DNA of 64,000 nt from Candidatus Krumholzibacteriota bacterium. GTDB lineage: Bacteria > Krumholzibacteriota > Krumholzibacteriia > JAJRXK01. The stretch lies in contig CAVXTH010000009.1 of NCBI GenBank assembly GCA_963764625.1, forward strand, positions 800,001-864,000, given 5' to 3'. Position numbers and translations under genes: made by a program. This document shows positions 40,869 to 50,641 of the stretch, piece after piece. The notes under the pieces are model-generated. The model made no database searches. It had not been told where the DNA came from and worked only from the letters and a program-made list of their open reading frames with translations. Position 1 is the stretch's first letter. Each line of letters starts with the position of its first letter.

Positions 40869-42206
40869 ATGGAGCAAGCGCGTGGACAGTGGGGTTCGAG
40901 CACGGGTTTCATCCTGGCCGCGGCCGGTTCGGCGATCGGGCTGGGAAATATCTGGCGATTCCCCTACGTAGCGGGCGAGAACGGCGGCGCTGCCTTCGTA
41001 TTGCTCTATCTGGCCTGCGTGATCCTCATTTGCCTGCCCTACCTCTTTGCCGAGCTCATTCTGGGCCGCTACAGCCACAAGAATCCCGTCGGAGCCATCG
41101 AGGCCATTCGGGGACGCCGCTCGCTCTGGGCCTGGGCCGGCGCCCTGGGCGTTCTCACTGGAGTGGGCATTCTGAGCTACTACGCGGTCATCGCGGGGTG
41201 GACGCTCGGATACATCTTCAAGGGTTTCGTGGCCCCTCACCTGGAGTTCGCAGCGTTCACGGGGAATGCGCTGCTGACGATTCCCTTGTTCGGCCTCTTC
41301 ATGCTGCTGACGATCGGGGTGGTGTTGGGAGGAGTCGAAACGGGCATCGAGCGGACCGCGAAGGTCCTCATGCCCGTCCTTTTGATTCTCATGCTGATCG
41401 TGATCGTCCGTGGTCTGACTCTGCCCGGTGCCATGGCGGGCCTCACCTTCTACCTGAAGCCGGACTTCTCGCAGGTCACGACGAGCACGGTCCTGACCGC
41501 CCTGGGGCAGGCCTTCTTCTCCTTGAGCCTGGGGATGGGGGCCATGATCACCTACGGCTCCTATTTGCCCAAGGACGCCGATTTGAGGATGGCTGGCTCC
41601 TTCGTGGCCTTCTTCGACACGCTCATCGCGGTCCTGGCCGGGTTCATGATCTTCCCCGCCGTCTTTGCCATGGGGGAGAGCCCGGACGTGGGTCCCTCGC
41701 TCGTGTTCGTGGTTCTTCCGAAGGTCTTTTCCTCGATGCCCATGGGCTCTTTGGTCTCGGTGGTGTTCTTCGTGCTTCTGGCCATCGCGGCCCTGACCTC
41801 CACCGTCTCCTTGCTCGAGGTGGTGGTGGCCTATTTCGTCGACGAACGGCACTGGTCGCGCAAGAAGTCGGCCTGGTCGGTGGGGGTCGTCACTTTCATT
41901 CTGGGATTGCCCGCCGCACTCTCGTCCGGAGCGTCGGACTTCTTCACCTCGATGCACATGTTCGGCAAGGAAAGCGTTCTGGGCATCATGGACTTCATCT
42001 GGGGAAACATCTCCCTCGCGCTCGGTGGGCTCCTCTTGAGCGTCTTCGTGGGGTGGATCTGGGGCGTGAAGAAGGCGGGGGAGGAACTGAAGCTCGGCTG
42101 CGGGATCACCGATTCCGGCGTCGCGTTCTGGGGCATCTTCATCCGTTACATCTGCCCCGTCGTGATCTTCGCGGTGCTTCTGGACGTCTTCGGCGTGTTC
42201 CGTTGA
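40869..42206 (+). CDS. Neurotransmitter:sodium symporter (NSS/SNF) family transporter
   Basis: GFILAAAGSAIGLGNIWRFPY..GENGG.AF, GQAFFSLSLG.G.MITYGSY. Confidence 0.95.
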   Translation: MEQARGQWGSSTGFILAAAGSAIGLGNIWRFPYVAGENGGAAFVLLYLACVILICLPYLFAELILGRYSHKNPVGAIEAIRGRRSLWAWAGALGVLTGVGILSYYAVIAGWTLGYIFKGFVAPHLEFAAFTGNALLTIPLFGLFMLLTIGVVLGGVETGIERTAKVLMPVLLILMLIVIVRGLTLPGAMAGLTFYLKPDFSQVTTSTVLTALGQAFFSLSLGMGAMITYGSYLPKDADLRMAGSFVAFFDTLIAVLAGFMIFPAVFAMGESPDVGPSLVFVVLPKVFSSMPMGSLVSVVFFVLLAIAALTSTVSLLEVVVAYFVDERHWSRKKSAWSVGVVTFILGLPAALSSGASDFFTSMHMFGKESVLGIMDFIWGNISLALGGLLLSVFVGWIWGVKKAGEELKLGCGITDSGVAFWGIFIRYICPVVIFAVLLDVFGVFR

Positions 42207-42228
42207 TCGAACTCGCGAAGCGGCCGGC

Positions 42229-42816
42229 TCAGCTCTCGGCGCCCTCCTGGGCCTCTTCCTCCGGCGGTTCGAAGCAGTAGCGGCAACGCGCCTCGTACAT
42301 TCCCGCCGCCCCGATCTCGATGCGGTCGTGTCCTCCGGTGAGCTTCTGGGTGTAGGCGGCTGGCGCGCCGCAGACCATGCAGATCGCGAGGCTCTTGGTG
42401 ATGTATTCCGCGGTGGCAAGGAGTTGGGCCATCACTTCGAAAGTTTCGCCGCGGAAGTCGCGATCGAGTCCGGCGGCGATCACGCGCTTTCCCTGATTGG
42501 CCAGGCGATTGCAAACCTCGACCAGGCCTAGATCGAAGAACTGCACTTCGTCGATGCCTATGACCTCTACCCGATCGTCGACCCGTTGCATCAATGCCTT
42601 GGAATTCTCGACTGGCTCCGAGTGCAGCCTCATCTGACTGTGCGAAACGATGTGGTCTTCGGCGTAGCGGACATCCAATCCCGGTTTGAAGATCTGGACC
42701 CGCTGCCGGGCAATCTCCGCGCGCCGCAGGCGCTTGATGAGCTCTTCGCTCTTGCCGCTGAACATGCTGCCGGTGATGACTTCGATCCAACCGGACTTGG
42801 GATAGGGTCGCTGCAT
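42229..42816 (-). CDS. tdk: Thymidine kinase (TK1 type)
   Basis: ITGSMFSGKSEEL, IDEVQF, AGLDRDFRG, C..CG and YEARCR.C. Confidence 0.95.
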   Translation of the reverse strand: MQRPYPKSGWIEVITGSMFSGKSEELIKRLRRAEIARQRVQIFKPGLDVRYAEDHIVSHSQMRLHSEPVENSKALMQRVDDRVEVIGIDEVQFFDLGLVEVCNRLANQGKRVIAAGLDRDFRGETFEVMAQLLATAEYITKSLAICMVCGAPAAYTQKLTGGHDRIEIGAAGMYEARCRYCFEPPEEEAQEGAES

Positions 42817-42997
42817 GACCCACCTCGGAGATTGAGATGACAAGCCCGCGCCCCCCGCTGGCAAGAGGGTGGGCGCCTTCGCGCGGGGGAACGCTTGGTT
42901 CGCCCACGGCCTTGGAGCATAGCCAGTAGGCTGCTGCTTCACAAGACCTCAAGCTGCCTCTGGTGGGGGCCGCCTCTCCCATGCTATCCTGCCCGCC

Positions 42998-43858
42998 ATG
43001 AGCACTCCACCGCAGCCTCTTGCGCGCGCTTCTTTCCACGAGCAACTCTGCCCACCGCTGGTGGGAATGATCCATTTGCCGCCGCTTCCGGGCGCCAGCG
43101 CGTACGCCGGGAACGGGGACCTCGCTCTCGAGCAGGCCCTGCGTGACGCGCAGGGCCTGGTGGAGTCCGGCTTCGGTGCGCTCATGGTGGAGAATTTCGG
43201 CGACGCGCCCTTTTTCGGCGCGAGAGTACCCGCGATCACCGTGGCCGCCATGACGAGAGTGGTGGAACGCCTGCGCCAGGAATGGCCCAAGGTGAAGTTG
43301 GGAGTGAATTGTCTGAGGAACGACGCCAGGGCGGCCCTGTCCATCGCCTGCGCGACGGGCGCCTGGGCCATCCGGGTCAACGTTCACACCGGAGCCACCC
43401 TCACCGACCAGGGCATTCTGCAGGGAGCCGCGGCAGAGACTCTTCGCATGCGGACACAGCTTTCCGCCTCTACCCTGATCCTCGCCGATCTGAGGGTGAA
43501 GCATGCCGCTCCTCTTGCGGCGCGGCCCTTGGCCGAGGAGGCGCTCGAGCTACGCCAGCGAGGCCGGGCCGACTGCGTGCTCATCACAGGCGGAGGAACT
43601 GGCCAGGCGGCCGATCCGGCTTTGGCCGATGAGCTGCGCGAGGTCCTGCCCGAGACGGCGATCCTCGTGGCGAGCGGCGTCAGCGCCGAAAACGCGGCTC
43701 TTTGGGCGAAGCGTGTCGACGGCGCCATCGTGGGCAGCGAGCTCATGCGGGACGGACGCGCCGGGGCCGGGGTCGACGTGGAGCGGGCCCGTCGGTTCAT
43801 GAGCGCGTGGAGCGAGGCTTCGACATCGTCTTTAGCGGGAGGAAGTGGGCAGAAATGA
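42998..43858 (+). CDS. BtpA/SgcQ family TIM-barrel protein
   Basis: GMIHLPPLPG, VENFGDAPF, GVNCLRND, ADLRVKHA, ITGGGTG. Confidence 0.9.
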   Translation: MSTPPQPLARASFHEQLCPPLVGMIHLPPLPGASAYAGNGDLALEQALRDAQGLVESGFGALMVENFGDAPFFGARVPAITVAAMTRVVERLRQEWPKVKLGVNCLRNDARAALSIACATGAWAIRVNVHTGATLTDQGILQGAAAETLRMRTQLSASTLILADLRVKHAAPLAARPLAEEALELRQRGRADCVLITGGGTGQAADPALADELREVLPETAILVASGVSAENAALWAKRVDGAIVGSELMRDGRAGAGVDVERARRFMSAWSEASTSSLAGGSGQK

Positions 43859-44586
43859 AAGGCGTCATTCTCGCCGGCGGACTGGGGACGCGGCTTCACC
43901 CCTTGACGAAGGTGACCAACAAGCACCTCCTGCCGATTTACAAGAAGCCGATGATCTACTATCCCATCGAAGCTCTGGTCGCGGCGGGAATCAGAGACAT
44001 TCTGGTCGTCACCGGTGGCAACAGCGCCGGCGACTTTCTGAAGCTGCTGGGCAACGGCAGCACATTCGGCCTTCCCGCGATCAACTACACCTACCAGGAA
44101 GGTGAGGGGGGAATTGCCGACGCGCTGCGGCTGGCGCGCTACTTTGCCGGCAGCGATCCGATCTGCGTCATCCTGGGTGACAACATCTTCGAAAAGAGCC
44201 TCCGTCCCGCGATCGAGTCCTACCATCAACGCGGAGGATCGGGCGCGCAGATCTTTCTCAAGAAAGTGAACGACCCCGGACGCTTCGGAGTTCCCGTCTT
44301 TCAAGACGAAAGGGTGGTGGGAATCGAGGAAAAGCCGAAGAAACCCCAGAGTAGCTATGCGGTGACCGGGATCTACGTGTTCGACCATCGGGTGTTCCAG
44401 ATCATCGAGACCCTGAAGCCCAGTCACCGCGGTGAGCTGGAGATCACCGATGTCAACAACGCCTACATCGAATGGGGAGAGATGCACTGGGCCGAGCTCG
44501 AGGGCTGGTGGACCGATGCCGGTACCTTCGATTCACTTCTCCACGCCAGCAAGCTGGTGGCCGAGAGCGGCGCCAACAACCCCTAG
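43855..44586 (+). CDS. rmlA: Glucose-1-phosphate thymidylyltransferase (short SpsI-like form)
   Basis: GVILAGGLGTRLHPLT..TNKHLLP, LGDN, EEKP, RGELEITD, WTDAGT. Confidence 0.88.
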   Translation: MKGVILAGGLGTRLHPLTKVTNKHLLPIYKKPMIYYPIEALVAAGIRDILVVTGGNSAGDFLKLLGNGSTFGLPAINYTYQEGEGGIADALRLARYFAGSDPICVILGDNIFEKSLRPAIESYHQRGGSGAQIFLKKVNDPGRFGVPVFQDERVVGIEEKPKKPQSSYAVTGIYVFDHRVFQIIETLKPSHRGELEITDVNNAYIEWGEMHWAELEGWWTDAGTFDSLLHASKLVAESGANNP

Positions 44587-44595
44587 GGTGAAGCC

Positions 44596-45606
44596 ATGAA
44601 GCTTTTCGTCACCGGGGGCGCCGGGTTCATCGGAAGCAATTTCATCCATCAGCTGCTTTCCGGTGGCTCGGAGCTGGAACTCGTCAATTTTGATGCGCTC
44701 ACCTACGCGGGGAATCTGGAGAATCTGGCCGAGCTCAAGGATGACCCGCGCTATCGTTTCGTGAAGGGAAGCATCGGCGATCCGAAGCAGGTAGCAAAGG
44801 CACTGGACGACAGCTTCGACGCGATCGTCCACTTCGCGGCCGAGAGTCACGTGGATCGCTCCATCGAGGGCGCGAGAATCTTTCTCGAAACGAACGTGCT
44901 GGGCACGCAGATCCTTCTCGAGCGCGCGAAGGAACTGGGCGGAATCCGATTCATCATGGTCTCGACCGACGAGGTCTACGGGAGCCTCGGCCCGCACGAT
45001 GATGCCTTCAATGAATCGACCTCTCTTGCCCCGAACAGTCCCTATTCAGCTTCCAAGGCTTCGGCCGATCTGCTATGCCGGGCGTATCACCACACCTTCG
45101 GACTGCCGGTCATCGTCACCCGGTGCAGCAATAATTACGGACCCTACCAGTTTCCCGAGAAGCTCATTCCGCTCATGATCTCCAATGCGCTCCAGGATGA
45201 GGCCCTCCCCGTGTACGGCGACGGGAAGAACGTGAGGGACTGGCTGTACGTGCGCGATCATTGCAGTGCCATCGAGGCGGTGCTCCGGAGGGGAGGACCT
45301 GGCGAGATCTACAACATCGGCGGCGACAGCCAGCGCGAGAACATTCAAGTCGTTCGACTCTTGCTCGAGATTCTAGGCAAGCCGGAGAGTCTCATCCGCT
45401 ACGTCGGTGACCGTTTGGGACACGACCGCCGCTACGCGATCGACGCTAGCAAGATCAAACGCGAGCTGAACTGGCGGCCACAGGTGAGCTTCGAAGATGG
45501 TCTGGCGGATACGGTGCAATGGTATCTCGATCACGGAAGGTGGCTGGACACCGTGCGCAGCGGAGAGTACCGCGCCTACTACGAGCGCATGTATTCGGGA
45601 CGTTAG
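44596..45606 (+). CDS. rmlB: dTDP-glucose 4,6-dehydratase
   Basis: TGGAGFIGS, LTYAGN, FAAESHVDRSI, STDEVYG, YSASK, RCSNNYGP. Confidence 0.96.
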   Translation: MKLFVTGGAGFIGSNFIHQLLSGGSELELVNFDALTYAGNLENLAELKDDPRYRFVKGSIGDPKQVAKALDDSFDAIVHFAAESHVDRSIEGARIFLETNVLGTQILLERAKELGGIRFIMVSTDEVYGSLGPHDDAFNESTSLAPNSPYSASKASADLLCRAYHHTFGLPVIVTRCSNNYGPYQFPEKLIPLMISNALQDEALPVYGDGKNVRDWLYVRDHCSAIEAVLRRGGPGEIYNIGGDSQRENIQVVRLLLEILGKPESLIRYVGDRLGHDRRYAIDASKIKRELNWRPQVSFEDGLADTVQWYLDHGRWLDTVRSGEYRAYYERMYSGR

Positions 45607-46895
45607 CGCAGGGCGCGCTTGCGACGCGCCGCCATGAGTTCGATCCGCGAGATGGATCGTCTGGCTTCACGAGCGACCGACTCTCCGAACGCGTCGCGCT
45701 CGAGATCGAGCAGTCTTCCTTCCAGGTGCACGCGTACTCCCTCATCGCCCAGGGTTCCCAGATGGAACGCGGCCTCGCTGCGAACTCCGGCCGCGGTGTC
45801 ATAGAGAGCGCGGATCAGCTTTCCCTGCGCGCGATCTCCGAGGCTCTGGGCCAGGGCGGAGCAGGCGGAGATCCGAACCAAGGGGTCGGGATCGTCCAGG
45901 GCCTTCTCGAGGCTCACCAGGACTTCCCGCCCGCCGAGTCGTCCCAGGGCGAGGACCACTTCCTGACGGACGTCGGCGTTTTCGTCGTCCAGAAGAGCGT
46001 GGAGGCGATGCGCCGCCCTCGGATTGCCGATGGCGCCCAGGGCGTTCGCCGCCTCCTCCCGAATGATGGGATCGTGACTCTGGAGCAGACCCAAAAGTGC
46101 CATGAGGGCTCTCTGAGGATGAATCTTCCGTAGCGAGATGACCACATCCCGATGGAAAGAAGCCTCTTCGCGTCCCAGCATGTCCACCAGGCAGCGCACT
46201 GCGCTTCTGCTGCCGATCTCGCCCAGCGCGGCCACCGCGTCTCCTCGCACCGAGGCCCGCCTCTCGTGCCGGACGCAATTGATGAGCACCCGTTCCGCGC
46301 GCCGGGCCGGGTCTTTTCCCAGATCGGGCTCGAGGGCGCGATCCGCGATGCGGTGCAGGCACCGCACCAGAGAGTTGGGATGGGGGTGTGCCAGTTGCTT
46401 CACCAGAGGCCGGGCCAGATGACGCACGAATTCGCGTCCGTCGAGTCGATTCCGGTGACGCCTGAGTCCTTCGCTGGCGGCCTGGCGGACGGTCAGCTCG
46501 CCATGATCGAGGAGTTGGATCAAAAGCCGGGTGCTCTCGTCGTCGTCGACTTCGGTCAACACGCCGGTCAGCCAACGCGCGCCGTCCACATCGCGCAGAA
46601 TTTCTTCGAGGCGATACACCAGTCCGACGCACCCGCGCCGCTGGAGCAACTGAGCCGCGAGTTCCTGGGCTTCGGATTCGCGCGAGCGCCAGCTCGCGCC
46701 GAGGAATGCGTCCAGTTCGCGGTCATCCCAGGAGCAGAGCTCATCCAGCAGCGCCTCGGTCCCTTCGGAGTGCGCCAGAAGGAAATCCACGACGGCTCCG
46801 AACTCCCGGGCGGAGATCTCCTCTCCCCGTCGTTTGAACGGCCCGAGAAAACGCTGAGCGCTGCGGAGCACTCCCCTCTGTTCGAAATCGATCAT
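45603..46895 (-). CDS. HEAT (PBS lyase-type) repeat protein
   Basis: Repeated 'VR..A..ALG.IG' units (DPIIREEAANALGAIG, NADVRQEVVLALG). Confidence 0.85.
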   Translation of the reverse strand: MIDFEQRGVLRSAQRFLGPFKRRGEEISAREFGAVVDFLLAHSEGTEALLDELCSWDDRELDAFLGASWRSRESEAQELAAQLLQRRGCVGLVYRLEEILRDVDGARWLTGVLTEVDDDESTRLLIQLLDHGELTVRQAASEGLRRHRNRLDGREFVRHLARPLVKQLAHPHPNSLVRCLHRIADRALEPDLGKDPARRAERVLINCVRHERRASVRGDAVAALGEIGSRSAVRCLVDMLGREEASFHRDVVISLRKIHPQRALMALLGLLQSHDPIIREEAANALGAIGNPRAAHRLHALLDDENADVRQEVVLALGRLGGREVLVSLEKALDDPDPLVRISACSALAQSLGDRAQGKLIRALYDTAAGVRSEAAFHLGTLGDEGVRVHLEGRLLDLERDAFGESVAREARRSISRIELMAARRKRALR

Positions 46896-47072
46896 CGCGG
46901 AATCCCATTCCGTGGTGGTTTCTTGACCTGGCCGCTACGACCCGTCTAGTCTCGCAGTCGCCGGCAAAGGCCGACGCGACGAGAACTCTCCCCTAAAGAA
47001 TTCGCGGTAGGGGGGATTCTGTCAACCACCAGGCGTCAAGCCTCAGATCTCGCGAGATCGTCGAGAGCGAAA

Positions 47073-47765
47073 ATGTCAAGAAAAGACTTTCCAAACCCCT
47101 CGGTGGTATTCGGAGAAAGCCTGAGGGGGCGCGTTCGAGCGCGCGCCTTGTGGTACGATCGAGTGAGTGTCGATGAAAGCGACGGCGCCTTCGGAGAGTT
47201 GGAAGCATGCGCCGCGCAACTGCGGTCCTGCTACGCCGGCTGTACCGTGGGTCAAATCGAGGGTATCCTCCAAGCGCGCCGACTCTATCGCTCCTTCGGC
47301 ATCGATCCCACGAGCACCAGACCCTCCAGCGAGGCTCTTCTCAAACGCGCTCTGCAGGGGCGAGAACTCTACCACGTGAGTAACGTGGTCGACGCGGGGA
47401 ATCTGGCCTCACTGCGCACTCTTCTTCCCATCGGCCTCTACGACCGTGCCGCGATCGAGGGCGAGACGGCGACGATCCGTGAAGGCCGCGAAGGAGAGGA
47501 GTATCCGGGAATTCGCAAGGGCGCGGTTCACCTCACCGGCCGACTGTGCATCGCCGACGACCTCGGCCCCTTTGGATCTCCCACCAGCGATTCTCTGCGG
47601 ACTTGCGTCACCGCGAGCACTTCGTCGCTTCTGGCCATCGTCTTCGCTCCCGGTGAGTGCGAGCCAGAGCGCGTGCTCGCCACGGCGCATTCACTCACTT
47701 TCGGCTTCGAAGAGTACGCCGGGGCGCGTCTGGTGCGCGAACTGGAACTCGCTGAGGAGCTCTGA
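47073..47765 (+). CDS. Stand-alone B3/B4 domain protein (PheRS-beta editing-like)
   Basis: YRSFGIDPTSTRPSSEALLKR, NVVDAGN, PIGLYD, DDLGPFGSPTSDS. Confidence 0.88.
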   Translation: MSRKDFPNPSVVFGESLRGRVRARALWYDRVSVDESDGAFGELEACAAQLRSCYAGCTVGQIEGILQARRLYRSFGIDPTSTRPSSEALLKRALQGRELYHVSNVVDAGNLASLRTLLPIGLYDRAAIEGETATIREGREGEEYPGIRKGAVHLTGRLCIADDLGPFGSPTSDSLRTCVTASTSSLLAIVFAPGECEPERVLATAHSLTFGFEEYAGARLVRELELAEEL

Positions 47766-47784
47766 GCCGCGGTCGCTGCGCCGC

Positions 47785-49110
47785 TCAATCGACCGAGCCC
47801 GGTCGCCACCGTCTCAGGACGAACTCTCTGGCGTCGTCGATCGATCGCATTCGCCCCTCGAGTTGCTGGTCTTCCACCGCGCGCAGAATGACGCCCAAGA
47901 GCGGACCCGCAGAGAATCCCATCGCGATCAGATCGCGGCCACTCAAGAGGGAAGGCGGTCGCAATCCCTCCTCGTTGAGGTGCTGCAGTTGCTGAAGACA
48001 GAAGTCGTAGAGCGACAGGTCGCCGTGGGAGGAGAGGCAATCGGCCCGGTGGAGAGCCAAATGATCCGCGAAGTTCTCCTGGCGCAGAAATCGTTTGAGA
48101 GTGGAGGGACGCATCTTCTTCACCGCGGCGAAACGCAGATGCTCGCGCACGAGAGCGACGACTCGTTCGATGGTGTCTCTGTCGCAGCGCAGACGACGCA
48201 GAATTCGCTCGGCGACTTCCATCCCCACCGGTACGTGGCGATCGAAACGGATGCGCTCTCCCTCGCTGTAGGTGAGAGGCTTCCCTACGTCGTGAAGCAA
48301 CGCTCCCCAGGCGAGAACCAAAGTCCTCGATTCGAGCGCTTCCAGAGCCATGCAGGTGTGGACGAACACGTCACCTTCGGGATGGAACTTCGCGGGCTGT
48401 TGCACTCCGATCGTGGCTTCGACTTCCGGGAGCACCACGGCCAGGATTCCACAGTAGTGGAGAATTCTCAGAGCCCGAGCCGGCCTGGGTCCCATGAGCA
48501 TCGACTCGAGTTCCGCTCGCACGCGCTCGGCGCTGATGCGCTCCAGTTTGGCTGCGTTCTCGTGGATGGCCCACCAACATTCGCTCTCGACGGTGAAATC
48601 GAGCTGCGCCGCGAAGCGCGCCGCCCGCAGGAGGCGCAGGTGGTCCTCCTGAAATCTCAGGCTCGGCTCTCCGATCGTCCGCAGCACCCTCTTCTCTAGA
48701 TCCTCCAGACCCCCCACCGGATCGATGATCTCGTTGCGCTGGGGATCAAAGTACAGACCGTTGATGGTGAAGTCGCGGCGCGCCGCGTCCGCCTCGAGGT
48801 CGGCGAATTCGACCTGTTCGGGATGGCGGCCGTCCCGATACCCGCTCTCGCGACGAAAGGTGGCAACTTGTATCGGCGTGTTCGCCTCGACCACGAGCAT
48901 GACCCCGAAGCGGGCTCCCACGGGATGGGAATGGGGAAAGAGCTCGGCAAGCTCTGAAGGAGTGGCGGAGGTCGCGAGATCGACGTCCTTCGGAGTCTGA
49001 CCCAGAACCGCGTCCCGGACCGCTCCACCCACCGCGAAGGCGCGAAAGCCGGCGTGGTGCAGCCGGGTCAGCACAGCGAGCGGAGCCGAAGGCAGGCTGA
49101 GGGTTCGCAT
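47785..49110 (-). CDS. cca: Class II tRNA nucleotidyltransferase (CCA-adding/poly(A) polymerase family) with HD domain
   Basis: VGGAVRD..DVD, RRDFTING, EDHLRLLR, ISAERV, HPEGDV..HT, LLHDVGKP. Confidence 0.85.
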   Translation of the reverse strand: MRTLSLPSAPLAVLTRLHHAGFRAFAVGGAVRDAVLGQTPKDVDLATSATPSELAELFPHSHPVGARFGVMLVVEANTPIQVATFRRESGYRDGRHPEQVEFADLEADAARRDFTINGLYFDPQRNEIIDPVGGLEDLEKRVLRTIGEPSLRFQEDHLRLLRAARFAAQLDFTVESECWWAIHENAAKLERISAERVRAELESMLMGPRPARALRILHYCGILAVVLPEVEATIGVQQPAKFHPEGDVFVHTCMALEALESRTLVLAWGALLHDVGKPLTYSEGERIRFDRHVPVGMEVAERILRRLRCDRDTIERVVALVREHLRFAAVKKMRPSTLKRFLRQENFADHLALHRADCLSSHGDLSLYDFCLQQLQHLNEEGLRPPSLLSGRDLIAMGFSAGPLLGVILRAVEDQQLEGRMRSIDDAREFVLRRWRPGSVD

Positions 49111-49313
49111 GCGCCGCTTGAGAATCAATCGAAACTCCTCGGATAGGCGCCATCTAGCCTACGACGCCCCCCGGCAAAAGGCCAGAACGGCTGCGCTGGT
49201 CCCATGCGGCCAGATTAGCGTTGGACATCGGCCGCCGGCTCCACGAAACTGGGACCGGCATCGGATATTGTGATCTGATTAGCCAGTCGTGGTCTAGGGT
49301 CTAGGAGGTGTCC

Positions 49314-50630
49314 GTGAAAAAGCTGCTTGCCGCGATCGCATTCGTGGTCCTGCTCGCCCCCGTTCCACGCGTGCGGGCGGGTGGGTTCAACATCTACGAG
49401 ATGGGATCGCGCGCCACCGCTCTGGGAGGGGCGTTTACCGCCACCGCGGACGATCCCTCCGCGATTTTTTACAACCCAGCCGGCCTGGCCTTTCAGCCCG
49501 AGGGTTGGCAACTCTCCTTGAACGTCTCTCCTTTGCATCCGGAATCCAAGTTCACGAGGTCCTCGGGCGCCACGGCACTCACCTACCCCGGCGACCTCGA
49601 GAGCGGGACCGCCGGGAAGTGGTTCTTTCCCACCGGCGCGTACCTGAGTTACAAGAGGGGCGATTGGTCGGCCGGGTTCGGCGTGTTCACTCCCTTCGGC
49701 CTCGGAGTCGACTGGGATCGCAAGGACACTTTCGCCGGCCGGCCCATCTCCACCAACGCCGAGATCCAGGGCTACTATTTGAGTCCGGTCGTGAGCTACC
49801 AACCCAACCGACGCTTCGCGGTCTCATTGGGAGCGCACGCGGTGATCACTCACCTCACCCTCGAGAACATCGCCACCGCAAACCTGGGAACCGGTCTGGA
49901 CAATCTGAACATCGCCGACGTCAAGATCCAGGGCACCAGCAAGGTGGGCATGGGATTGGCGGCGGCCGCGATGTACAAGCCGACCGATGATCTGACCCTG
50001 GGCCTCAACTACAAGATGGGCGTGACCAACAAGTTCCGGGATCAAGACGCGACCGTCACGCAACGGTTCACCGGATCTCCGAGCATCGATGCGGCGGTCA
50101 CGGCGGCGTTGGGAACCAAAGCGGGAACCCAAAACGTGAGCGGGGATCTGGACTTCCCCGACCTGCTCGCCGGGGCGGTACGCTACGATTTTCAGGGGGG
50201 CTTCTCGCTGGAAGCAGATTATGTCTGGGTCGGTTGGTCGACCTTCGATGCGGTGACGCTCGAGTTCGCCGACGGCAGCAGCGAGACCCTCAAGGAGAAC
50301 TACAAGGATGCCTGGCAGATCCGCATCGGAGGAGAATACAGCTACTCCGATCAACTGCGGTTCATGGTGGGGTACTGCCACGATGAGACCCCGCAGCCCA
50401 AGGGCTCCATTTCCCCGATTCTTCCCGACGCGAACCGGAATGACTACAGCCTCGGCATCAGCTGGACCTCGGGCAGCGGGCGTTACGACCTGAACGCGGG
50501 TTACATGCTGGTGGAATTCGAGGATCGCGACACCCTGGAGGGCGGAGTGGGTCAGAATTACGATGGTCTCGACGGCGCGTACTCGAGTCGCGCCCACATC
50601 TTCACTCTCGGTTACACCCGCCGGTTCTAA
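49314..50630 (+). CDS. OmpP1/FadL family outer-membrane long-chain fatty acid transporter
   Basis: AGGAGG RBS, signal peptide, GGAFTATADDPSAIFYNPAG, TPFGL, LPD, terminal YTRRF. Confidence 0.9.
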   Translation: MKKLLAAIAFVVLLAPVPRVRAGGFNIYEMGSRATALGGAFTATADDPSAIFYNPAGLAFQPEGWQLSLNVSPLHPESKFTRSSGATALTYPGDLESGTAGKWFFPTGAYLSYKRGDWSAGFGVFTPFGLGVDWDRKDTFAGRPISTNAEIQGYYLSPVVSYQPNRRFAVSLGAHAVITHLTLENIATANLGTGLDNLNIADVKIQGTSKVGMGLAAAAMYKPTDDLTLGLNYKMGVTNKFRDQDATVTQRFTGSPSIDAAVTAALGTKAGTQNVSGDLDFPDLLAGAVRYDFQGGFSLEADYVWVGWSTFDAVTLEFADGSSETLKENYKDAWQIRIGGEYSYSDQLRFMVGYCHDETPQPKGSISPILPDANRNDYSLGISWTSGSGRYDLNAGYMLVEFEDRDTLEGGVGQNYDGLDGAYSSRAHIFTLGYTRRF

Positions 50631-50641
50631 GGAGGTCCAGC

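Noticed and set aside
46896-47072. Hairpins between the HEAT-repeat and B3/B4 genes as a T-box or other RNA
   Set aside because: No T-box consensus (GGTGGNACCGCG); better explained as a divergent promoter region with a minus-strand TTGACA
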